64,000 nt of DNA, taken from the NCBI GenBank assembly GCA_964639295.1, contig CAZXDT010000003.1:1304-65303 (forward strand), in the 5' to 3' direction. The position numbers were made by a program, and so were the translations under genes. The DNA comes from an uncultured Candidatus Saccharibacteria bacterium. Lineage in GTDB: Bacteria; Patescibacteriota; Saccharimonadia; Saccharimonadales; JALRHH01. Below the pieces are notes generated by a model, which saw only the letters and a list, made by a program, of their open reading frames with translations, had not been told where the DNA came from and did not search any database. Below are positions 21,183 through 29,182 of this stretch, piece after piece. Numbering within the stretch: the first letter of the stretch is position 1; the number at the start of each line of letters is the position of its first letter.

Positions 21183-22412
21183 TTACGCTTCGACGAATGT
21201 CAGGGCGTGGCCAATTTTGCCAGCACGACCAGCACGACCAATACGGTGTACGTAGTCTTCGTATGACTGTGGCTGCGAGTAGTTGATCACGTGAGTGATG
21301 TCTTTTACGTCAATACCACGAGCCGCAACGTCAGTTGCAACCAGAATAGTTACTTCGCTTTTCTTGAAACGAGCAAGTGCGCGTTGACGCTGACCTTGGT
21401 TTTTACCACCATGGATAGCATCAGCCTTGAAGCCACGAGCAATCAGCTCTTCGCTTAGGCGTTCAACACTACGCTGCGTGTCATCAAATACGATAACTTT
21501 TTCTGTACCTTCTTGGTTTAGAATGTCGTGTAAACGTGACATTTTCTCTTCACGGCGTTCGTAAGGAACGATGTCCTGGTGAACGTTTTCACTTGTTTCG
21601 CCCTGTTTAACAGAGACAGAAACTGGATCCTTAGAGAAAGTGTCAATCAACTTACGGACTTTTGGTTCCATAGTTGCAGAGAAGAACATAGACTGGCGTT
21701 CAGGTGCCAAGTTGCTGAGGATTTCAGTAACGTCGTTAATGAATCCCATGTCCAACATACGGTCAACCTCATCGAGAACCACAGTGTCAAAGCCGTCAAG
21801 CTTCAATGTACCGCGTTCTATGTGGTCTTTAATACGGCCAGGCGTACCAATAACAACTTGTGGGTTGTTACGGAGGTCACGCAGCTGTGGACCCATAGAT
21901 GAACCACCGATAAGCAAAGCGCCAGTAAGGCGGCTTCCCTTGCCGATTTCTTTACATTCTTGCTCGATTTGCTGAGCCAATTCACGAGTAGGCGCGATCA
22001 TAAGAGCACGACTGCCAGGAGTTAGCATCAACTTGTGGATGATAGGGATTGCAAAGGCAGCTGTTTTACCAGTACCAGTGTTAGCAATACCTATAATGTC
22101 ACAACCAGTCAGTGCCAATGGAATGGTCTGGTCCTGGATAGGTGATGGTGTTACGAAGCCTTTGTCGCCCAAGTTCTTCTTGATCAGGTCAGAAACCTGA
22201 AAGTCGACAAACTGGTTAGCAGCTACATACTCTTCGCGCTCTACAGGCCGTGCGGCTTGTACGAAACGTGAAGGGTGGATGTAGTCTTTCTTTGGTCCAC
22301 GCTTAGAACCACCAGTATTTCGGCGTTGACCACCGAATGATTGTCCTGAGCGGCCAGAGTAACCACCTTGGCTAGGGCGTCCAAATGAACGTCGTTGTGT
22401 TTGATAAGGCAT
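21183..22412 (-). CDS. DEAD-box ATP-dependent RNA helicase with an RGG-rich N-terminus
   Basis: Motifs ANTGTGKTAAF, PTRELA, DEVD (the DEAD variant), SAT, HRIGRAGRAG. Confidence 0.95.
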   Translation of the reverse strand: MPYQTQRRSFGRPSQGGYSGRSGQSFGGQRRNTGGSKRGPKKDYIHPSRFVQAARPVEREEYVAANQFVDFQVSDLIKKNLGDKGFVTPSPIQDQTIPLALTGCDIIGIANTGTGKTAAFAIPIIHKLMLTPGSRALMIAPTRELAQQIEQECKEIGKGSRLTGALLIGGSSMGPQLRDLRNNPQVVIGTPGRIKDHIERGTLKLDGFDTVVLDEVDRMLDMGFINDVTEILSNLAPERQSMFFSATMEPKVRKLIDTFSKDPVSVSVKQGETSENVHQDIVPYERREEKMSRLHDILNQEGTEKVIVFDDTQRSVERLSEELIARGFKADAIHGGKNQGQRQRALARFKKSEVTILVATDVAARGIDVKDITHVINYSQPQSYEDYVHRIGRAGRAGKIGHALTFVEA

Positions 22413-22822
22413 ATAAATAGATCCTTTTGTTTGTAGGAAGATTCACGAATATCTGATTTCTAGGCAAAACTGTCTGACTACGTTTCTCGTTCTACGTCAG
22501 GTAGATTGTCTTGATCAAGAGAAGTTGATGATCGGTATGTTCCTGATTAATACATCGATTGTCGGAATGAATATCGAGTAATTAATCTACGAACAGACCC
22601 GGATTCATCAATAACAATACCGTAATATTAGCATAAATACTTCCGTAAGTCAACAATCTTCACTACAACAGTACATCTGTACAACAATAATGACTCACAC
22701 AGTGGCAACACAGTATTAACACCTTGAAATTGTATCTTTAGTATTGACTCAACCATTAGCACCGGGTAACATTGAATAGCAAGCATGCGCTTGTCGGCAT
22801 ACTTTCCGGAGTGTGCTTGCAC

Positions 22823-23021
22823 ATTTTCCCTTGAGCAACAAGACAAACTAGTCGGCCAATGTGCCGGCTTTTTTGGTTTGCAAATTATACAACAATTTAA
22901 GGGGCTGTGTGTATTGACGTCGTAAAATATCAAGGTGTATCATACATACAAGCTTGAGCTTAAGATCAAGTGAGGTTTCGACAAGGATATCTGACACACC
23001 CTAGGTTGCTCAAGGGAAAAT
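22823..23021. repeat. 17-bp perfect inverted repeat (22823-22839 and 23005-23021)
   Basis: attttcccttgagcaac and gttgctcaagggaaaat are exact reverse complements, 165 nt apart. Confidence 0.85.
22914..22943 (+). promoter_or_regulatory. Sigma70-like promoter
   Basis: TTGACG, 17-18 nt spacer, then (G)TATCAT. Confidence 0.45.
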
Positions 23022-23060
23022 GTTACCAAATAACTTTGTGTCGTTTGAACCGGGAAACTG

Positions 23061-23088
23061 GCCACCAGAGTAAGGTGGCTTTTTCTTT
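23061..23088 (+). terminator. Intrinsic-terminator-like hairpin 15 nt upstream of the 23103 start (possible attenuator)
   Basis: GCCACCagagtaaGGTGGC followed by tttttcttt. Confidence 0.55.
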
Positions 23089-23102
23089 GGTCTTGACTAA
23101 GA

Positions 23103-23717
23103 ATGTACCTTATACTGGGACCAATGCTCAGTATTATTAAGCCTAAGACAGAAAAGCTTCTGCAGCCTGTCGCCCAACTGCTCCGTCACGTTGACCCAAA
23201 CCTCATTACCCTACTCGGGATGATCTTCCCTGTTTTGTTCTTTATTTTTGTCATGAAGGGCTGGTACTTGCTTGCCCTAATCGCCTTTGTATTCAACGCG
23301 CTTGATCTGTTGGATGGACTTGTGGCACGCGCCCACAACAAGGTAACCGCATTTGGCGGATTTCTTGATTCAACAGTGGACCGCTTTGCTGACTTTGTAG
23401 TTATTGTGGCCTTCGGCTTTGCCGGACTCGTAAACTGGTACATCGTCCTGACACTGGTCCTATTCACCTACCTAATCAGCTATATCCGTTCGCGTACAGA
23501 ACTAGCAGCCAAAGATAGCAATCTCGTAGCCAACGTCGGCATAGTAGAGCGACCAGAACGCCTAATAACCATATTTATCGGCCTAGCAATCTACGCACTC
23601 TGGCCACATACAGAATTTATCGAACTGAACCTCGCTAGCATCACCTTTTTGGCCCTCATAGCCGGCTCCGCCTTCACCGTAGCCCAACGCATAGCCTTCG
23701 CCTACAAAAACCTTTAG
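23103..23717 (+). CDS. CDP-alcohol phosphatidyltransferase family protein
   Basis: Motif D-x2-DG-x2-AR-x8-G-x3-D-x3-D is present (DLLDGLVARAHNKVTAFGGFLDSTVDRFAD). Polytopic membrane profile. Confidence 0.85.
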   Translation: MYLILGPMLSIIKPKTEKLLQPVAQLLRHVDPNLITLLGMIFPVLFFIFVMKGWYLLALIAFVFNALDLLDGLVARAHNKVTAFGGFLDSTVDRFADFVVIVAFGFAGLVNWYIVLTLVLFTYLISYIRSRTELAAKDSNLVANVGIVERPERLITIFIGLAIYALWPHTEFIELNLASITFLALIAGSAFTVAQRIAFAYKNL

Positions 23718-23854
23718 TTTGAGCCGCTTACTAGAGCCGTGCCACCGATAATAATATTGCGACCGTTTATCTCAGCTCTACGCTCGGCATCCTGAATTGC
23801 TTTAAAGTCTCGCTCGGCGTGTAGCCACCCTCAACACCAAAGAGCTCCGCAAGA

Positions 23855-24838
23855 CTATTCCTTCCTATACTTCTCTTCATCGAAGATAGACCCTACACGG
23901 AATAGAACTAGCTGGACTTCGTTGGCTACATAAAACTTCGTAAGAGTAGACATTATATCTGCCTTGTGCAAATCCTCACCTAAACAAGATGACAATTTTT
24001 CACCCCATGACCTATCGGTAAAATCAAACAAAGGGGTAGGTTGATTTGCGTCTGGACAGTTATAATCACCCCCCACTTGACTGCAATGGAGACAGAAGGT
24101 GCCTCTTGTCACTTTATTTCTAATATCTTCGTTAGGACAATTCCCAGTATATGAATCAATCGAAATGCGATTAGGTAGCTTTCCGACCTCCATAAGCCCG
24201 TACACTGCTTCACTTAGCTCCATGCGGAAGGTCGACATTATTTTTAGAAGGGCTTCCTCATCGATCTGATCGTACTCTTCTAAGTACCTGGGTGGAAGTG
24301 CCATTCGACGTCCAAAATATTCACAAAAGTTTTCTTCAGTTCTTAATCCATCATTAAAGCCCATTATCTCTTTCCAGAAAAAATGACCAACTTCATGCCC
24401 AAAGGTGACTTGATGAAAATTCTGTTCTGGATTTAAGTGGATTCTAATTTCTTCCTTATTTGCATCCCCATTTAGACCAACTATTTGACCATGAGCAAAG
24501 AGTGTCTCGTCATGCATTCCCATTGTGTATGGTATACCGATCCTTTCACTCGTGAGATCCAAGTTTAGCCTTCCGTCATCATCGTACACAGCAAAAGTAT
24601 CAATATAAGACTGTGCCTCATACGCATCAAACAGACTCTCGACATAAAAATCATACTCTATCGGTGTTTTTCTTTCTCTGTCCGCTGCCATTCTTTCGAA
24701 CATGGCTCGAAGATTATCAGGAATCTCTACGTTCTCTTCTAATGCACGCTCAAAAATATCCTTTTTGAATCCCGGGCTTTTCCATTCAAAATCTGGATCT
24801 GGTATTGCAGGAACATCAGAGGTTGATCGCTCAGTCAT
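23855..24838 (-). CDS. ImmA/IrrE-like zinc metallopeptidase with a C-terminal Cys cluster
   Basis: HEVGH followed by EENFCEYFGRRMALP (the HExxH...E-x-N-x-F-x(6)-L-P pattern). Also CLHCS...NCP. Lower G+C than its neighbours, judged by eye. Confidence 0.6.
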   Translation of the reverse strand: MTERSTSDVPAIPDPDFEWKSPGFKKDIFERALEENVEIPDNLRAMFERMAADRERKTPIEYDFYVESLFDAYEAQSYIDTFAVYDDDGRLNLDLTSERIGIPYTMGMHDETLFAHGQIVGLNGDANKEEIRIHLNPEQNFHQVTFGHEVGHFFWKEIMGFNDGLRTEENFCEYFGRRMALPPRYLEEYDQIDEEALLKIMSTFRMELSEAVYGLMEVGKLPNRISIDSYTGNCPNEDIRNKVTRGTFCLHCSQVGGDYNCPDANQPTPLFDFTDRSWGEKLSSCLGEDLHKADIMSTLTKFYVANEVQLVLFRVGSIFDEEKYRKE

Positions 24839-24891
24839 TTCGGATTATTTTACAATGATATTTATATTTTTACAATTAATCATTCATATCT

Positions 24892-24927
24892 ATCAACAAA
24901 AAAGACCTTCGTATTGAACGAAAGTCT
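24892..24927 (-). terminator. ssrA terminator
   Basis: - strand agactttcg/cgaaggtct stem followed by a T7 run. Confidence 0.75.
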
Positions 24928-24931
24928 CTTA

Positions 24932-25312
24932 TGGTGGAGCTGGCGGGGTACCGCCCCCCGCGTCCGCTAGTTTATCTAATTAGTCTATCCTACAGGTATA
25001 GTTTGCTTGAATACAACATGGAGTGAAAGCAAACAAAAGTCCACGAGGTTTGATCCTTGTCTTAGTCCGACTACGGATCAATTGCCGGAAGCATCCAGAA
25101 ATATATGTTACGACTAGTGCTATCTGGCGTCACTCTAGGCGCAGCTGTAGGCAATTAAGCTACAGCGAAAGCAGGCTCAGGGAACAAACGTGCCTTGAGG
25201 TCTGCAATCAAAGAAGTGCGATCTGCAATTACTTTGAGTTTGTCTATAACGCTGACAAGCGACCTGCTGATCTAACTGATAAAGTCCAACGTCGAGCTTA
25301 AAATTCAGCCCC
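24932..25312 (-). ncRNA. ssrA: tmRNA (SsrA)
   Basis: 5' GGGGCTGAATTTTAAGCTCGACG. 3' ...CCCCGCCAGCTCCACCA. Acceptor stem with a G3-U pair. Internal tag ORF ...ADRTSLIADLKARLFPEPAFAVA-TAA. Confidence 0.9.
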
Positions 25313-25338
25313 GTATTTGCCTCTTTCAAGGTTACGAT

Positions 25339-25367
25339 ATTGTACCATTTTATAATGCTTGTGTCTA
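25339..25367 (-). promoter_or_regulatory. ssrA promoter
   Basis: TAGACA-17-TACAAT, 26 nt upstream of the mature 5' end. Confidence 0.55.
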
Positions 25368-25802
25368 GTGGTCTTGGCCGTGGCAGGTTGCTTGGTGCAT
25401 GGCGGTCAGTAGCTCTCGCAGTTGTGCCTGCTGACGCTCGGATAGCTTGTTGAATATTGGTTGGTGATAGTTGTTAAGTATCTCCATGGCCTTTTCGGTA
25501 ACCTTTACACCTTTGGGAGTCAGGGCAGTGATGTGCTCACGGCGATTTGTCGGGCTAACTTGGCTGCTTAACATTCCGTTTTCCTGGAGCAATTTGATCT
25601 GACGACTAATGCTAGCTTCTGTTTGGCCCAACTTCACCGCAATCTGCTTCTGGGGAAGGCCATTTGCCTGCTCTAGGATGAGTAGGATTTTAAACTGTGA
25701 AAAGCCGATCCCAAGCTGTTCCTGAAGAACTTGGTCAGACTGGCGGGCAAGTACGAAAGAGATGTGGTGGAAGAGGTAACCGAGATTATCGTGTAATTCC
25801 AT
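25365..25802 (-). CDS. MarR-family transcriptional regulator
   Basis: Winged-HTH pattern (LPQKQIAVKLGQTEASISRQIKLLQENGML); about 145 aa. Confidence 0.85.
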   Translation of the reverse strand: MELHDNLGYLFHHISFVLARQSDQVLQEQLGIGFSQFKILLILEQANGLPQKQIAVKLGQTEASISRQIKLLQENGMLSSQVSPTNRREHITALTPKGVKVTEKAMEILNNYHQPIFNKLSERQQAQLRELLTAMHQATCHGQDH

Positions 25803-25856
25803 AATAATTAAAGCTTAACATGTTAAGTATTATTATGTCAAAAGAGCAGGGGAGTA

Positions 25857-26663
25857 CTAAATAAGTTTGAACAGGGCATACCATTGTTCCAATGATAATT
25901 CCTGTGGCCGGGCTGACGGCTTGATCTGGGCAGATTCAAGAAGCTGATTTGTAGCTGGCTTATCCAATTGCAAGCCAGCACTCAGGGAGTTGAGAAGTGT
26001 CTTGCGACGGTTACTAAACCCTGCTTTGACTAAGCGGAAGAATGCCTTGGCATCGATATCAAATAGTGGCTCTTCCCTACGCTTCAGTACTAAGATCTGG
26101 GAGTCTACTTTGGGCGGAGGTGTAAACAGCTTGGCCGGAACCAGCATATCTTTTGATGTCTCCCAGTAGAACTGTGCCGTAACAGATAATAGGGACATGT
26201 CCCCTGGCCCAGCTGTCACCCGTTGTGCGACCTCTTTCTGAACTAACAGCACTGCGTGTGTCGGACGGTTACGACTCTCCGACAAGGTCCGTATAAGATT
26301 GCTCGTTAGGTAGTAGGGGATGTTGGCCACCAACTTGTAATCTGCCGGAAGACTGGTTAGATCAAAGCTCAAAATATCTTGCCTAACAACGGTCAGATTA
26401 CTCTCTGGAACGCGCTTTGGCAGATCCCGGGCTAAGGCTTCATCAAACTCCACTGCTACAACTTTGTCTGCCCGTTCTACAAGTAGTTCGGTCAAAGTAC
26501 CCAACCCTGGGCCAATCTCTAGTACCGTGTCGCCATCTTTAACATCTGCTGCGTCACACATCGCAGACAAACTCATAAAATCAGTCAGCCAATGCTGCCC
26601 AAGTGATTTCTTAGCGTAAGGTAACTCTTTCATCCCCAGTATTGTATCAGTAATCTCTCCCAA
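25857..26663 (-). CDS. rsmA: 16S rRNA dimethyladenosine transferase
   Basis: KKSLGQHWL and SAM-binding motif LEIGPGLGTLT. Confidence 0.9.
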   Translation of the reverse strand: MGEITDTILGMKELPYAKKSLGQHWLTDFMSLSAMCDAADVKDGDTVLEIGPGLGTLTELLVERADKVVAVEFDEALARDLPKRVPESNLTVVRQDILSFDLTSLPADYKLVANIPYYLTSNLIRTLSESRNRPTHAVLLVQKEVAQRVTAGPGDMSLLSVTAQFYWETSKDMLVPAKLFTPPPKVDSQILVLKRREEPLFDIDAKAFFRLVKAGFSNRRKTLLNSLSAGLQLDKPATNQLLESAQIKPSARPQELSLEQWYALFKLI

Positions 26664-26672
26664 GTAGCCTAG

Positions 26673-26687
26673 TGGTAGAATAAGTTA
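26673..26687 (+). promoter_or_regulatory. Extended -10 promoter, leaderless layout
   Basis: TGgTAGAAT, then 6 nt, then ATG 26688. Confidence 0.5.
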
Positions 26688-27224
26688 ATGAGCAAAACAC
26701 ATATTAGAAAGTTCAAGTGGGCGTACATACTGCTGTTTTTTGTACTAGCTATTGGTTATGTCATTTTCCGTTTCTTTAACCCCAGTGTTGGTTTTACCTA
26801 CTATGAACCCTCCTACGTACCAGCAAACATATCTGTTAAAACCAAAAGAATAAGCATCACTCGGGGGAATGTTCAGGTAGAGCAAGACTTCAGAACAGAA
26901 GATTGGGTCTACAGCATTAGTGAGTACAAATCCGACGAGTCAATTGGTGACGCAAAGCAAAACTACGACCCTAAAAGCATTACACCAACATGCGAGATCC
27001 GAATTTCACCAGTCAAGACACAGTATCGCTTATGTCACTGGATTGACTATGGAAAAATCGACGTTCACGAAATTAAGTTTATAAAGAATGGTACTTTTAT
27101 AGATGCACAAATTCCTACTGAACTAAAGGATCAGATCACCGTAGATCAGCTAGACACCTTTGTTGATTCGTTCAAGAAAAAGAGTACGATTGGCCTGCCT
27201 GTACTCCGTTCTAACGGAGCCTAA
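26688..27224 (+). CDS. Membrane-anchored hypothetical protein (178 aa)
   Basis: ORF with an N-terminal TM segment. Confidence 0.7.
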   Translation: MSKTHIRKFKWAYILLFFVLAIGYVIFRFFNPSVGFTYYEPSYVPANISVKTKRISITRGNVQVEQDFRTEDWVYSISEYKSDESIGDAKQNYDPKSITPTCEIRISPVKTQYRLCHWIDYGKIDVHEIKFIKNGTFIDAQIPTELKDQITVDQLDTFVDSFKKKSTIGLPVLRSNGA

Positions 27225-27246
27225 TAACTTGTGCGGACAACAGGTT

Positions 27247-27397
27247 CCACACTTGAGCCAATTTGGATTTTCTTCTGCGAAACGTAAAGGAAACGTATCT
27301 AAATACGTTGACTGCGTATCGTAAAGAAGAAAATTCGAAGTGGCCAAGAGGCCAGCGGGTCATGGGCTCCGCTCATGAGCAGGCTGGCCGGTGTGGG
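27247..27397 (+). ncRNA. Family-1 structured intergenic element, copy B
   Basis: CCACAC...GTGTGG closing stem; hairpin AACGTAT-ctaa-ATACGTT; terminal hairpin GGCCAGC..TCATGGGC-tcc-GCTCATGA..GCTGGCC. Confidence 0.6.
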
Positions 27398-27405
27398 ATC
27401 TGTGA

Positions 27406-28632
27406 CTACCAGTAGTGGTGAGCGATCCAGAAATTGTATGCTCCCGACCAGCTGCCATATCGCCCGGATGCATAGCCACTACACCACTTCAGCTGTGTTA
27501 CTGGGTTTGTTCCCCAGTCAGCACCAGCTGTAGCCATCTTGCTGCCTGGGAGTGCCTGACAGAGACCAAACGCACCACTTGGGTTACGTGCAGCCGCGTT
27601 CCAGCCTGATTCACGGCTGACAATGTAGTTCACATACGGGAAGTCAGATCGGCTGATACCTGCAGCAAGCATTGTTGCTTCCTTATCTGCTGGGATAAAT
27701 ACAGCGCGGCCACGGGCAACAATCTGTTTAACTGGTTCTACTGCGACAATCGACTGTATTTCCTTACGACCAACTTCTTTGCCGTTTTGTGTATCTACCT
27801 GATAAGTAACCAATTTTTTACCTGGAGTTCCCTTTTGCCTGACGGCAACAGATCCAAATGACAGACTCGGGTCCTCAATAGTCTGTACTTCGTTTGCAAT
27901 TACTTGTTCCTCAGTAACTACCTTACTACCGTTACGGACAACAAAAATCTGTGACTGAGGTGTAATTGGCGTCTCTGTTGCAGGCTGCACAGTATCGTCC
28001 TTAGCTAGTTCTACTTTCTTTTCCTTGAGCAACTCACCGACGGTCTTTGCGTGCGTACGTACTGGTACCTGCGTGCCGTATAAGTTCAAGTTAGTTGGCG
28101 TAGCGCGATCAATAACAACCTTCTCACCAATCGCTCCATCACGGAGGAAGTCAGTCTCCATTTGGCTTTCAATCTTGTCCTCCGGGAAGACATCTACTCC
28201 AGCCTGGCTCGCCACACTACGCGGTGTTGTAGCAGCGCTAAAGGCAAATGTCTTACGACCGTTATCAATGACGGTTACTGGACGTGATCGATAAATATTA
28301 ATACGGAACTTCTCATCCAAGATTGGCGTGTCAGCGCTCGGCTCAACAATATCACCTTCGTTAAGCGGAATGTTTACACGCTGCAGGAACTCACCAACTG
28401 TCTTGGCACGAGTTGGCAGTGTCTCTTGTTTCTTGTCATGGCTAAAAACAACCAAGTGGGAATCAGACGGAACAACCTTTTCTGCACTCGTAGAAACAAA
28501 AATAGCTAGAGATGCAAAAAACAGCACCAATATCATTACCACTGGGATAACTAATGGGTGTTTGTGCCAATTGTGGCGGGTCAACCATGCAATTGGCTTA
28601 CGCCAATGTATTGTAGGTTTAGGTATAGTCAT
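27406..28632 (-). CDS. RpfB/YabE-like cell-wall protein (DUF348 repeats, G5 domain, C-terminal transglycosylase-like domain)
   Basis: N-terminal TM; repeated KTVGE(F/L)L..(V/I).L motifs; G5-like VRQKGTPGKKLVTYQV; C-terminal SRESGWNAAARNPSGAFGLCQALPGSKM. Confidence 0.8.
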   Translation of the reverse strand: MTIPKPTIHWRKPIAWLTRHNWHKHPLVIPVVMILVLFFASLAIFVSTSAEKVVPSDSHLVVFSHDKKQETLPTRAKTVGEFLQRVNIPLNEGDIVEPSADTPILDEKFRINIYRSRPVTVIDNGRKTFAFSAATTPRSVASQAGVDVFPEDKIESQMETDFLRDGAIGEKVVIDRATPTNLNLYGTQVPVRTHAKTVGELLKEKKVELAKDDTVQPATETPITPQSQIFVVRNGSKVVTEEQVIANEVQTIEDPSLSFGSVAVRQKGTPGKKLVTYQVDTQNGKEVGRKEIQSIVAVEPVKQIVARGRAVFIPADKEATMLAAGISRSDFPYVNYIVSRESGWNAAARNPSGAFGLCQALPGSKMATAGADWGTNPVTQLKWCSGYASGRYGSWSGAYNFWIAHHYW

Positions 28633-28699
28633 AGTGTCGGCTGATTGATAACTCCACCTCTGTTTATGCAGTTATTTTGTCTCAAAAAGCCAGGTTACA

Positions 28700-29182
28700 T
28701 CATACCAAATTTTGAAATTCCCTCCAAGTAGCTAGAGTACTCCTTGTTGCCTTAAGCACGCCCTTTTCATCTGCCAGTAGCTCTTGTGGCGTCCGCCAAT
28801 CACTATCACAAATTTCAAAGTTATCTATTGTAACTAATTCCTTATTTGTAAGCTGCAATGTGAATAGGTGATATTTGTATCTAAGGCCGTAGCTATCTCT
28901 CACTGGATTACTCGTAACATATTGCAGGGCCTCTGGCTCAACGACAATCCCAGTCTCTTCTCTTAGCTCACGTGCTGCCGCAACTGCGCGGTCTTCACCC
29001 TTGTACATACCGCCGCCAGGGAGCATCCATTTGTTTGGCCCGTACCAGCCCTTAAGGACCAATATCTTGTCGTCAACCATCACTACCACTCGAGTTCGTT
29101 CGTCTTTTTGTAAATAGAAAAAGAGAGCGGGAATGGTCGCAAAAAATGCCAGTGTGCCAACAAGCTTAAAGCGTCGTAGCAT
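28700..29182 (-). CDS. NUDIX hydrolase
   Basis: Nudix box GGGMYKGEDRAVAAARELREETGI. Confidence 0.85.
   Translation of the reverse strand: MLRRFKLVGTLAFFATIPALFFYLQKDERTRVVVMVDDKILVLKGWYGPNKWMLPGGGMYKGEDRAVAAARELREETGIVVEPEALQYVTSNPVRDSYGLRYKYHLFTLQLTNKELVTIDNFEICDSDWRTPQELLADEKGVLKATRSTLATWREFQNLV

Noticed and set aside
22628-22933. A 101-aa ORF in the long helicase-upstream intergenic region.
   Set aside because: Cys-, Leu- and stop-proximal low-quality sequence with no RBS. It overlaps the inverted repeat and the promoter-like elements, so it is more likely non-coding.
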